Shown here one piece after another: positions 42,244 through 51,638 of a DNA stretch of 64,000 bases. The DNA is taken from the NCBI GenBank assembly GCA_963733035.1, contig CAVTBU010000010.1, positions 96,001 to 160,000 of the forward strand, in the 5' to 3' direction. This DNA comes from Pirellulales bacterium. GTDB taxonomy: Bacteria; Planctomycetota; Planctomycetia; Pirellulales; PALSA-1355. The notes beneath the pieces were generated by a model, which worked only from the letters and a program-made list of their open reading frames with translations, was not told the DNA's origin and did no database searches. The position numbers were made by a program, and so were the translations under genes. Position 1 is the first letter of the stretch. The number at the start of each line of letters is the position of its first letter.

Positions 42244-42710
42244 AACCGTTTGCCTTTCGTCTCGACGGCCTACTGAAATTGCGCATCGCCCAGCGCGACG
42301 TCGAGCGCGTCGACCTGGCGGCCGCACTTGCCGAGCAGGTTCGGCTGACCGCTCTGTGCCATGCGCTGCAAACGCAATTGTCGCGCCTGCTAGCCGAACA
42401 GCGTACCGCGCGGATTGCCGGTACCGTGCTGCTTGAGTCGCTGGTCCGATTAGAGCACTTCGCAGCAGCCACACGGAGTAAGCTCGCCGCGGCCAACGGA
42501 GCTCGGATCGCGGCAGAGCAGCGAGTGGCCCATTGTCAGCATGCGGTGGCAGCAGCCGAACGCGACGTTGACGTGCTCGAAAAGCTGCGCGAGCAAGCGC
42601 AGGTTCGCCATCAAAGGGAACTCGCACGCCGACAGGTCAAGCGGCTCGACGAGGTTGCCGGGCAATGTTTTGTCCGTGCGGCGGTGCGGTCATCCGGCGG
42701 ACCACGCTAG
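42240..42710 (+). CDS. fliJ: Flagellar export protein FliJ
   Basis: FAFRLDGLLKLR N-terminus, LEKLRE, KRLDE; ATGA overlap with fliI. Confidence 0.8.
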   Translation: MKPFAFRLDGLLKLRIAQRDVERVDLAAALAEQVRLTALCHALQTQLSRLLAEQRTARIAGTVLLESLVRLEHFAAATRSKLAAANGARIAAEQRVAHCQHAVAAAERDVDVLEKLREQAQVRHQRELARRQVKRLDEVAGQCFVRAAVRSSGGPR

Positions 42711-42960
42711 CATCACGGTGCTGGAGCTAGTCCACTGGCCGGCGGTATTTCGCGATCTGACCTTGATCGAAAATTGCTTTTCGAGGACAAACCCGCCCGA
42801 CTCTGGCCCAGGCACATCTCGCCAGAGTTGTCGTTCGACAACACATATCCTTTTGCAAATCGTCCACGCGTATCTGGCGCATTGCCGCCGCGCGCTTTGC
42901 GGGTGATTCGATCCGCTGGCCGCACGCCGACATGTGGCAGCCGTGGCAGGATTCAATAGC

Positions 42961-43209
42961 ATGGTCGATCGCATGCCATCGCCGCGCGGCGACAGGAATT
43001 TAAGAATTGAATTGGGACGGGCGCGGCTGCCGTGGCAGGAGTTTACGAAGTTAGCCAAGGGGAGCGTGGTTTCGCTGGAGACGCTGGTGGACGAGCCCGT
43101 CGATATCGTCGTGGGTGGCCGGCTGGTGGCCAAAGGCGAGGTGCTCGTGCTTGACGGTTGCTTTTGCATTCGCGTTACGCAGTTGCTCGGTGGCAAGGGA
43201 GCCGCTTGA
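42961..43209 (+). CDS. fliN: Short FliN-like (SpoA domain) protein; start uncertain
   Basis: LRIELGRARL..LAKGSVVSL..DEPVDIVVGGRLVAKGEVLVLDGCFCIRV. Confidence 0.8.
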   Translation: MVDRMPSPRGDRNLRIELGRARLPWQEFTKLAKGSVVSLETLVDEPVDIVVGGRLVAKGEVLVLDGCFCIRVTQLLGGKGAA

Positions 43210-43261
43210 GCGCAAGTTCGAAGTCCGAAGGCACCCGTGGGTGCGATGAGGAGGTGGCAGG

Positions 43262-44017
43262 ATGCCACGCGTCGCAAGCTTGCTGATGTTAGGGCTGGTG
43301 CTAACGGCATTCGCAGCTGGTGGTGCCGCCGGACAGAGTCCCGCTCAAAGCGGCGGGCAGGTCCGTTGGGGCGACCGGCCGGTGAGCCCACCGCAAATCC
43401 CATGGACGGGCGGTACCGCGGTTGCCCGGCCCGTCGAACCACCGCGGCTCTTGCCCGCGGGATATCAATCGCCGCCCGGAGGGGCGAGTAATACGGCGGC
43501 ATATCGCCGCCAGGTGCGCACGGTGGGCGGTCAACAGCCGCTGCCGCTGCCGCCTCAGCCAGGCGGCGTGGCGGCGCCAGGAGCCAAACCGCAGCTGCCT
43601 CCGCTGGTCACAGGCGCGGCCAGCCTGGGCATCGTGTTAGGGCTGTTTTTATTGGTGGTGTGGAGCGTACGGCGCGGGATGCCCAGGGGCTCGGGCATAC
43701 TACCCAGCGGGGCCGTTGAAGTGCTGGGACGCGCGCCGATCGCGGGCCGACAAAACGTGCACCTGGTGCGCTGCGGCAACAAGATCGTGTTGCTGAGCAT
43801 TACGGCGACCAGTGTTGAGACGCTGACCGAGATTTCGGACCCCGACGAGGTCGATCGACTGCGCGAACTTTGTCGCCAAACTTCCGCGCCGGCCACGGCG
43901 TGGCAGCATCTGATGGGCCGACTTGGCAACCTGGGGCAAGGCGTCGACATTCAGGAAAGGCGGCCGGACCAAATCGATTTCGGCCACCTCGAAGTCGGCA
44001 CTCAAACTCGGGCTTGA
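43262..44017 (+). CDS. fliO: FliO with Pro-rich N-terminal extension
   Basis: SLGIVLGLFLLVVW TM followed by VEVLGRAPIAGRQNVHLVRCGNKIVLL..LTEISDPDEV. Confidence 0.8.
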   Translation: MPRVASLLMLGLVLTAFAAGGAAGQSPAQSGGQVRWGDRPVSPPQIPWTGGTAVARPVEPPRLLPAGYQSPPGGASNTAAYRRQVRTVGGQQPLPLPPQPGGVAAPGAKPQLPPLVTGAASLGIVLGLFLLVVWSVRRGMPRGSGILPSGAVEVLGRAPIAGRQNVHLVRCGNKIVLLSITATSVETLTEISDPDEVDRLRELCRQTSAPATAWQHLMGRLGNLGQGVDIQERRPDQIDFGHLEVGTQTRA

Positions 44018-44025
44018 GGAGCGGC

Positions 44026-45105
44026 ATGACCATGAGCCAATTCTTACGACCGAAGAAAAGCGGCTGGCCGTTGGCCGGCGGGCTAGTCGCGCTTTGTGTT
44101 TTCGCATTGGTGTTGTGCTGGGCGCATTGCGCGGTGCGCGCGATGCCGATGGCGCAAGAGCCTGCCGCGGTGGAAGCCCCGCCGGTGGTTGCGCCTGTGT
44201 CGACGGCGGCTGCCGCGATGCCGAGTCCGCCGGGAGTGCCACCGATCAAGCCCGTTCCGCTGGAAACGAAAACGGACCAAGCGCACGGGGGCGAATCGGA
44301 GCTGCTGTCGCCACCAGGCACCGATCTTTCGGCCCCACAACCGATTGAAAACGCCGCTCAGCTACCGACGGATCCGCCGTCCGCTCAAGATGCCCACCAA
44401 TTTTCCTTGCCGGGCGGCCTTGGCGGACCGGAGCAGTGGACGAGCCCCGAGGGAATTTCCTCGGCCCTGCAAACGCTGGCGCTGTTGACAGTCGTCAGCC
44501 TGGCACCGGCGGTGCTGATGATGACTACTTGTTTCGTGCGAATTGCCATCGTCCTGGGGCTGTTGCGACAGGCGCTTGGCACGCAGCAGCTGCCTTCGAA
44601 CCAGGTTGTGACGTCGCTGGCGCTCTTCATGTCGCTCCTGATTATGGCGCCGGTTTGGAACCAGGTTTATGAAGACGCCGTGGTGCCGTACGCCGCGCAC
44701 GAGATCTCGCTGCACCAGGCCTGGGATACGGGCATCAAGCCGGTTCGCGGATTCATGAGCGCGCAGATCGAGCGGACAGGCAATAGCGGCGACGTGTGGT
44801 TGTTCTACAAATACTTGCCGGCCGACACGCCGGCACCGTCGAGCTACAACGACGTGCCGCTGACGGTACTTATGCCGGCCTTCATGCTCAGCGAACTGAA
44901 GACGGCGTTTCTGATCGGCTTTCAGGTGTTCCTGCCGTTTCTCGTGATCGACCTGGTCGTTTCGAGCGTGACGATTTCGATGGGCATGTTCATGGTTCCG
45001 CCCGTGCTCGTCTCGTTGCCGATGAAGTTGCTGCTATTCGTACTGGTCGATGGCTGGCACCTGGTCGTGGGGATGTTGATGGATAGCTTCCAACTTGTTG
45101 CCTGA
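44026..45105 (+). CDS. fliP: Export gate protein FliP with long Pro-rich N-terminus
   Basis: GAGGAG then ATG 44026; MMTTCFVRI..LRQALGTQQLPSNQV, PAFMLSELKTAF, MGMFMVPP, KLLLFVLVDGW. Confidence 0.95.
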   Translation: MTMSQFLRPKKSGWPLAGGLVALCVFALVLCWAHCAVRAMPMAQEPAAVEAPPVVAPVSTAAAAMPSPPGVPPIKPVPLETKTDQAHGGESELLSPPGTDLSAPQPIENAAQLPTDPPSAQDAHQFSLPGGLGGPEQWTSPEGISSALQTLALLTVVSLAPAVLMMTTCFVRIAIVLGLLRQALGTQQLPSNQVVTSLALFMSLLIMAPVWNQVYEDAVVPYAAHEISLHQAWDTGIKPVRGFMSAQIERTGNSGDVWLFYKYLPADTPAPSSYNDVPLTVLMPAFMLSELKTAFLIGFQVFLPFLVIDLVVSSVTISMGMFMVPPVLVSLPMKLLLFVLVDGWHLVVGMLMDSFQLVA

Positions 45106-45116
45106 GGTTCGCGCGA

Positions 45117-45383
45117 ATGAATCCCCAAGATGCCGTCGATTTGGGTCGCCAGGCCACCAACATAGCCTTGATGTTGGGAGGTCCGGTGCTGCTTTCGGCG
45201 CTGGTCGTGGGACTGATCGTGGGTTTGCTACAGGCGGCCACTGGCGTGCAGGAACAAACCGTGTCGTTCGTACCCAAGCTGGTGGCCGTGGTGGTTGCAC
45301 TCAGCCTGATGCTGCCCTGGCTGATCGAGCAGATGGTGCAGTATTCGCATGACGTGATTACGAACATTCCGCTGTCGCTCTAG
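45117..45383 (+). CDS. fliQ: Export gate protein FliQ
   Basis: 88 aa; GLLQAATGVQEQTVSFVPKL. Confidence 0.93.
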   Translation: MNPQDAVDLGRQATNIALMLGGPVLLSALVVGLIVGLLQAATGVQEQTVSFVPKLVAVVVALSLMLPWLIEQMVQYSHDVITNIPLSL

Positions 45384-45394
45384 GTGCTGGCCCG

Positions 45395-46174
45395 ATGTTA
45401 CCGCTGGTCGAATATCTACACGACCACCTGGCCGTGATTGCCCTGGTACTGACTCGCGTCGCGGCGCTCGTGTTCGTGGCGCCGCTGTTGGGGCCGTTCG
45501 CCGTTTCGTGGCGCATTCGGGCGGGCCTGACGGTGGCCGTGACGGCCCTGGTGGTGCCGCTGGAGATCGAACGAGCTACGAGCCCGCCGGAGAATCTCGG
45601 GCAGTTTTTGGTGCTGGCCGGCGGCGAGGCACTGGTCGGGCTGATGTTGGGACTCGGCGTGCGGATTTTGTTTTCCAGCATGCAGGTCGCCGGACAATTG
45701 ATCAGTCAGATGAGCGGCCTGCAGTTGGCCGAAGTGTTCAGTCCGGCAATGGGGTCCAGCGTGCCGGTATTTTCGCAGTTGTTGCTGTTGGTGAGCACGG
45801 CGGTGTTCTTTCTGATCGGCGGTCATCGGCAAATGATCGAGGCCTTGCTTGACAGTTTCGCCTGGTTGCCCTCCGGGCAGGCGGCCGCCTCTCGTTCCGC
45901 ACTCGACGCGGTTACGGCCCTCGTTTCGCAGAGCTTCATCCTGGGGCTGAGGATCGCCGCGCCGGCGGTCGTGGCGCTGCTTTTGTCCACGTTGATCGTG
46001 GGCTTTATCAGCCGCACGCTGCCGCAATTGAACAGCCTGTCGCTGGGGTTCGGCATCAACGCCTTGGTGGCGGTGGCGGCCGTTGGGCTGTCGCTGGGTG
46101 GCGCTTGCTGGATCTTTCAGGAAACGCTTGGCCCCGTGCTGCAAACGGCGCTTGAGTCGTTACATCCGCAATAA
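45395..46174 (+). CDS. fliR: Export gate protein FliR
   Basis: EALVGLMLG, AGQLISQMSGL, IGGH, GFISRTLPQLN. Confidence 0.92.
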   Translation: MLPLVEYLHDHLAVIALVLTRVAALVFVAPLLGPFAVSWRIRAGLTVAVTALVVPLEIERATSPPENLGQFLVLAGGEALVGLMLGLGVRILFSSMQVAGQLISQMSGLQLAEVFSPAMGSSVPVFSQLLLLVSTAVFFLIGGHRQMIEALLDSFAWLPSGQAAASRSALDAVTALVSQSFILGLRIAAPAVVALLLSTLIVGFISRTLPQLNSLSLGFGINALVAVAAVGLSLGGACWIFQETLGPVLQTALESLHPQ

Positions 46175-46201
46175 TTTTCCAATCATCGAGAGCCGAATAC
46201 G

Positions 46202-47068
46202 ATGGCCGATGACGCCGATAAAACGCAGGCTCCCACAGTGCGCCGCCGTCAACAGGCACGCGAGGCGGGGCAAGTCGCGCACAGCCAAGATCTCAGTTCG
46301 GCACTCCTGCTGTTGGGCTGTTTCACGCTGGTGGTCACCACCGGCGGTGCGCTGGTTGCGTTCCTGATGGAACTGCTGCAATCAAGCCTGGGAGGTAGTG
46401 CGTGGCGGGCCGGGCTCGAATCGAACGCCACGCGCGAAACGTTTCTCGCGCAGTGGCACATGCTGGTGGCGTCGCTCGGCGAGCGGTTGCTGCCGGTGTT
46501 GGCGGGGGCGACCCTGTTGGCGCTTGGCGTCCATTGGTTGCAAACCGGCTTCATTTTTTTGCCGGCCCGGGCAATGCCGGACTTTTCACGGGTCAATCCG
46601 GCGAAGGGTTTCGGACGCATGTGGTCGGGAGAGAATTTTTCGCGGCTGCTGTTTGGCCTGTTCAAGGTGGTGGTGGTGGCGGCCGTTGGTCTGGCGGGCG
46701 CGTGGAGCCGCCGCAATGAGATCGCGGCGCTCGCCGGAGTCGACCTACCGGAGTTGGCATCCGACGCTTGGGAAATCTGCCTTTGGTCGTGCGTCGAAAT
46801 GGGCGGCGCGCTGCTTGCGCTATCGGCGCTCGACTATCTCTACCAGCGCGCGAGCCTGGAACGGTCTCTGCAGATGACGCCGCAGGAAGTTCGCGAGGAA
46901 ATGCGCGAGCTGCAAGGCGATCCGCAAATCGCCGCCCGGCGCCGGCAAATCGCTCGTCGCACAGGGGGGCAGCAGGATAGCGGCGCGAAAGGGGAAACGC
47001 ATCCCACAGATCGCCGGGCGATCGCGACTTCGCCGGCCCAGATCGGCGCCGTCGATTCGATTCGTTAG
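46202..47068 (+). CDS. flhB: FlhB, C-terminally truncated (no NPTH/cytoplasmic switch domain)
   Basis: DKTQAPTVRRRQQAREAGQVAHSQDL, PDFSRVNPAKGF, LQMTPQEVREEMRELQGDPQ; 288 aa, stops about 50 aa after GDP. Confidence 0.88.
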   Translation: MADDADKTQAPTVRRRQQAREAGQVAHSQDLSSALLLLGCFTLVVTTGGALVAFLMELLQSSLGGSAWRAGLESNATRETFLAQWHMLVASLGERLLPVLAGATLLALGVHWLQTGFIFLPARAMPDFSRVNPAKGFGRMWSGENFSRLLFGLFKVVVVAAVGLAGAWSRRNEIAALAGVDLPELASDAWEICLWSCVEMGGALLALSALDYLYQRASLERSLQMTPQEVREEMRELQGDPQIAARRRQIARRTGGQQDSGAKGETHPTDRRAIATSPAQIGAVDSIR

Positions 47069-47084
47069 GCGAAGCCGCGTCCGA

Positions 47085-48245
47085 TTAGCCCGCGGTTTGG
47101 GCCGGCGTGGGCTGGCAGTAGCCATAGTGACGCATGTGAGGTCCCCAGCGCTCGTCGATTTTGCTTCGCAAGTCGTCGGGAATGTCGTAGCTGCCGATGC
47201 GATAGTTCTGCCGATCTTTGAAGTATTCTTCGAGCTTGGGCCGCGCCGTCTCGAATTCGCCCAATTCCAGATGTTCGTATAAGGCCTGCATCCGGCCGAT
47301 CGGATCACGCACCAGGTCTTCGTAGCGAACCTCGAAAAACCTTGCTGGGTCCAACAACTCGCGATCGCGATCGAAGGCCTGATACATCATCTCGAAGCAG
47401 GAAAAGACATATTCTTCCAACTGATCGTGCCGGGCTTCCTGCAACGCTTCGAATTTGTAAAGCGTCTTCCAGAGCTTCACGGTCGAGCCGAAGAGCGGAT
47501 ACGGATCGCGCACGATGTGCACGAAGCGAGCATCCGGAAACAATTCGAGCAGCGTCTTGATACGCCCGGTATGTGGGGGCGACTTGAGAATGATTCGCTT
47601 GGGGCTGCGAAACGTGACGCGCTTCAAAAACCACTCGAGCCCCTGTTTCCATGCGGCGAGGTCCCGGTCGCTGAGCCCCTCGAGCGTCAGGTACTGCTGG
47701 TAGTCGGTCGACTCGTTGGGGAAGGCCATCTTCAAATACGGGGATGGCAAGCCCATGTTGCACAGCGCGAATTCGTCTTCCTGCGGCTTGTCAAAGCCGG
47801 CGGCCATGTGGTCCATCGGCCGCTTCGAAGGGAGCAGGAATTTGAACTTGGTGAGGAACCAGTCGCTGATCAGAAAATGGTTGGGCACCAGGCACTGGTA
47901 GGTCGTCGGAAACGTGTATCGCCCGTCGAGCACCATCAGCTCATGCAACAGCGTGGTGCCCGAACGCCAATGACCGACGATGAAGATCGGCGCGTCCTTG
48001 ATTTGCATCCGCTCCAGGTGCCGCTTGAGCAGGAGCTCTTGGAGCGGCTTGAGCGTGGAGTTCATCAGCGATGCGCCAGTGACCGTGGCGGCCAGCCCCC
48101 ATTTGGTCAGGCCGATCCGGAACTTGTTTCGGGCCAGTAGCCTGATCCAAGTGCCGAAGCCCATGCCGTGCCAAAAGCGGGCGTGCCAGAAGTGATAAGG
48201 GTTCACTTCGACGCGTTTCGACTTTGGATCGGCGCTGGTTGCCAT
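47085..48245 (-). CDS. PAPS-dependent sulfotransferase
   Basis: PIFIVGHWRSGTTLLHEL (5'-PSB loop), LKSPPH, FPDARFVHIVRDP, VRYEDLVRDP. Confidence 0.9.
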   Translation of the reverse strand: MATSADPKSKRVEVNPYHFWHARFWHGMGFGTWIRLLARNKFRIGLTKWGLAATVTGASLMNSTLKPLQELLLKRHLERMQIKDAPIFIVGHWRSGTTLLHELMVLDGRYTFPTTYQCLVPNHFLISDWFLTKFKFLLPSKRPMDHMAAGFDKPQEDEFALCNMGLPSPYLKMAFPNESTDYQQYLTLEGLSDRDLAAWKQGLEWFLKRVTFRSPKRIILKSPPHTGRIKTLLELFPDARFVHIVRDPYPLFGSTVKLWKTLYKFEALQEARHDQLEEYVFSCFEMMYQAFDRDRELLDPARFFEVRYEDLVRDPIGRMQALYEHLELGEFETARPKLEEYFKDRQNYRIGSYDIPDDLRSKIDERWGPHMRHYGYCQPTPAQTAG

Positions 48246-48480
48246 GAGTTTCTCCGCGGTTGCATGCCGTTCGGCACCGGCTCGTCCGTCAAAGACACGT
48301 AGTCGAGCGGTCGCCGCCGGCAAGCGCGCCGGCTCAAGGGGCGATGCGTCCTCCGCGGACCCGCGCGTCGGACCTCCGCCGTCTGCCGGATGGAATGTTG
48401 CCAGCGTCAAAGATAACAGTCTCCGTTCGAGAGGGCCACCGCCGCAGGGGCGTCTTGCCCGAGGCCGTTTTTCATCGTTT

Positions 48481-49002
48481 TTATTGCAAATCGCCCGCGC
48501 TGGCGTCGCTTCGCCGTGCCACGTGCTGCAGTGCTGCCTGCATGGCCATCATCACCTGGTGCCCTGGCTTCTTGCCGACCACCCGTTCCAGCGGTACACC
48601 CCGCGGTGAGAGGAATTGGATCGTGGGATAGCCGGTCACCTGAAATTGCCGGCAGACTTCCGGTTCGACGTCGGCATCGATCAGGACACAGACAAATTGG
48701 TTGGAAAGACTAACGACCTGCGGGTGCGTAAAGGCTTCCTCGGCCATCTGCCGGCAATACTCGCACCATTTGGCCGTGAAGTACAACAGCATGGGCTTCG
48801 ATTGCCGTACACTTTCGGCGTAGCCCTGGCGGTATCCGACGACGAACTGCAGTTCGCCGTGCGCCAAATAACTGGCTCCCACGGCGCGGCCATCTGCCGG
48901 ACGTTGTTCGACGGCGCTGTCTGGTGTCTCGACACCAAGCTCACAGCCGTACTTGAGGGCCAGCAGTGCTAGCAAACAAGCCCCGAACGCAAAGTATTTC
49001 AT
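48481..49002 (-). CDS. Exported thioredoxin-family protein
   Basis: N-terminal anchor; KPMLLYFTAKWCEYC; VTGYPT cis-Pro motif. Confidence 0.85.
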   Translation of the reverse strand: MKYFAFGACLLALLALKYGCELGVETPDSAVEQRPADGRAVGASYLAHGELQFVVGYRQGYAESVRQSKPMLLYFTAKWCEYCRQMAEEAFTHPQVVSLSNQFVCVLIDADVEPEVCRQFQVTGYPTIQFLSPRGVPLERVVGKKPGHQVMMAMQAALQHVARRSDASAGDLQ

Positions 49003-49499
49003 GATGCTTTGGGGAAATCGATAGAACGGCGGGGCACAGTGGCAAGGTGGCGTCGCGCGGCAGGTAAACGGGCGGATGACAACGAGGCGCGCACGCAACA
49101 TATCGTCGCGCCGAGAAAGTGAACTTGAGCGAGCTGCGACGATCGGTACCGAACGGCGTCCCGAATGCCGCATGATTCCCCCCTGGCTCTCATGCGGAGC
49201 CGTGTACCATTGGAAGGTGCAGCAACACGAGTTGCGTCGCAACTTCGGCGGTCTATCGATGCAATCAGGGGGTTGGTGGCTGGGCTGTCCAAACTATGAA
49301 AATCTCGCAAGGGCTATTTCCCCCAGAGGTGGGCATCGGTGCGACTGCACTTGGGCGTGCTAGCGGCCTATTTCCCGGTTCGCGTGGGCGCAAGACCGAC
49401 CTGGACACTGGCACGGGGTTTCAGTAACTTCCCGCCTCCTTTCTGCCACACGCACCTCGTCGTTCTGACAACACCGTTTACCGCCGGAATCGAATTCGG

Positions 49500-51593
49500 A
49501 TGGCTACCGCTGCCGTGCCACGCGTGCCCCGTTCGCTAGCGCAGGTGCAAGACCTCGTCTTGCCCGTCGCTGCGATTGCTAGCGTGCTGGTGATTCTGGT
49601 GCCGCTGCCGACACCGGTGATGGACTTACTGCTAGCGGCCAACATTGCAGTGGCCGTGATCGTTCTGTTGACGACGATCTACGTCCGCACGCCGCTGGAG
49701 TTCAGCGTGTTTCCGACGTTGCTTTTGGCCACCACGCTCTCGCGGTTGGTGCTCAACGTGGCCACCACGCGGCTGATTCTGAGCGACGCGGGTGATCGCG
49801 GCCTGATGGCGGCCGGCGGTGTGGTGCGCAGTTTCGGCGAGTTTGTGGCAGGCGACAAAATCGTCGTGGGGCTGGTGATCTTCGCGATTATCGTCGTGAT
49901 TCAGTTCGTGGTGATCACGAAAGGCGCCACCCGCATCAGCGAAGTTGCGGCCCGGTTTGCACTGGATGGCATGCCGGGGCGGCAAATGGCCATCGATGCG
50001 GATCTGGCGGCCGGCAACATCAGCGAGAAACAAGCCCAGACGCGTCGTCAGGAAGTGACCCAACAGGCCGACTTCTTCGGCGCCATGGACGGTGCCAGCA
50101 AATTCGTCCGCGGCGACGCAATCGCGGGCATCATCATCACGCTGATCAACATCCTGGGCGGACTGGTTATCGGCATTGTCGAATATCGGATGGGCATTGG
50201 CGAAGCCGCCGATTTGTTCACCCGCCTGACCATCGGCGATGGTTTGGTCAGTCAGATTCCCGCGTTCTTGATTTCGCTGGCTGCCGGCTTATTGGTGACG
50301 CGCAGTTCCTCGAGCGTCAACCTGCCGGTTCAATTTCTGAACCAACTGTTTTCACGCCCGCAAACGCTGGCCGTGACGGGCGTCTTTCTGGGTCTGTTAA
50401 TTTTCACGAAACTGCCGGCGGTGCCGCTGGTGGGATTGGGAGGCGGTTGTGTCGGACTGGCCATGCTACTCACCCGTCGCCAGCACGAAGCCGAAGCATT
50501 GGCCCGACAACAGGCGGCGGTGCCCCAGAAGCTGCGCGATCAGCGCGTCGAGGACTACCTGGCCGTTGACCCGATGGAAATCGAGATCGGTGCCGGCTTG
50601 ATTCGGCTGGCCGACCCGAAGCGTGGCGGAGATCTGCTCGACAGGATTCAACGTTCGCGCCAGGCGATTGCGGCCGAGATGGGGCTGATCATGCCCAAGG
50701 TTCGAATCCGCGACAATCTGCGGCTCGGCGCGCGGCAATATCGCATCAAGATCGCCGACCTGCCGGTTGCCGAAGGCGAATTGCAGCCCGCTATGTTGCT
50801 GGCCGTCGATTCCGGCAATGCCAGCGGAAACATCAGCGGACTGGCGACGCGCGATCCGGCGCACGGCATGCCCGCCACCTGGATCGAGCCGTCGGCGCGA
50901 CAACAGGCCGAGTCACAAGGCTATCACGTTGCCGAACCGATTAGCGTATTGGTTAACCACCTGACCGAGACCGTGCGGTCGCACGGCGACGAAATACTGA
51001 CGCGGGACGCGACTCGGCACCTGGTCGATGAGCTCAAGAAGACGTCGCCTACGGTGGTTGACGAGCTGATTCCCGACCAGATGAAGCTGGCCGAGGTGCA
51101 GCAGGTGTTGCAGCTCTTGCTGCGCGAGCAAGTGCCCATCCGGCAACTCGCGAGCATCCTCGAAGCGTTGGGCGAAGAGGTCTCGCGCACCAAGGATCCG
51201 ATCGCGCTTAGCGAACGAGTGCGGCACCGGCTGGCCCGGGCCATTTCGACGCGGTATCGCGACAAGCATGGACGGCTGGCCGTTGTCACGCTCGACCCGG
51301 CACTGGAGGAGCGAATTCGGGCCGCGACACAGCGCGTCGGCGGAACGCTTACGGTTTCGCTCTCACCGCAAGTCGTCGAGACTCTTTGTCAAAGGTTAGC
51401 CGGTGAGTTGGCGCGGCATGCCGGCTCCGGACGAACAGCCATCGTGTTGGTCAGCCCGGCGATACGACCGGCGCTCAAACAAATCACGATGGCCGCGCTG
51501 CCGCGTTTGGTCGTGCTGAGCTACGACGACGTGACACGCGACACGCAATTGGAATCCTTGGGATTGGTCGAATTGGAATCCGTCGACGAATGA
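49500..51593 (+). CDS. flhA: Export gate protein FlhA
   Basis: RISEVAARFALDGMPGRQMAIDADL, FFGAMDGASKFVRGDA, TIGDGLVSQIP; full cytoplasmic domain; 697 aa. Confidence 0.96.
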   Translation: MATAAVPRVPRSLAQVQDLVLPVAAIASVLVILVPLPTPVMDLLLAANIAVAVIVLLTTIYVRTPLEFSVFPTLLLATTLSRLVLNVATTRLILSDAGDRGLMAAGGVVRSFGEFVAGDKIVVGLVIFAIIVVIQFVVITKGATRISEVAARFALDGMPGRQMAIDADLAAGNISEKQAQTRRQEVTQQADFFGAMDGASKFVRGDAIAGIIITLINILGGLVIGIVEYRMGIGEAADLFTRLTIGDGLVSQIPAFLISLAAGLLVTRSSSSVNLPVQFLNQLFSRPQTLAVTGVFLGLLIFTKLPAVPLVGLGGGCVGLAMLLTRRQHEAEALARQQAAVPQKLRDQRVEDYLAVDPMEIEIGAGLIRLADPKRGGDLLDRIQRSRQAIAAEMGLIMPKVRIRDNLRLGARQYRIKIADLPVAEGELQPAMLLAVDSGNASGNISGLATRDPAHGMPATWIEPSARQQAESQGYHVAEPISVLVNHLTETVRSHGDEILTRDATRHLVDELKKTSPTVVDELIPDQMKLAEVQQVLQLLLREQVPIRQLASILEALGEEVSRTKDPIALSERVRHRLARAISTRYRDKHGRLAVVTLDPALEERIRAATQRVGGTLTVSLSPQVVETLCQRLAGELARHAGSGRTAIVLVSPAIRPALKQITMAALPRLVVLSYDDVTRDTQLESLGLVELESVDE

Positions 51594-51638
51594 TCGAGTT
51601 GTGTTAACCACTAGCGGAAAGCCGCAGGCGGCTTCGCC

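Noticed and set aside
37803..47068. Classical non-flagellar injectisome
   Set aside because: FliG, FliO, FlhF, FlhG and FliA are flagellar-type; no secretin, needle or translocon genes
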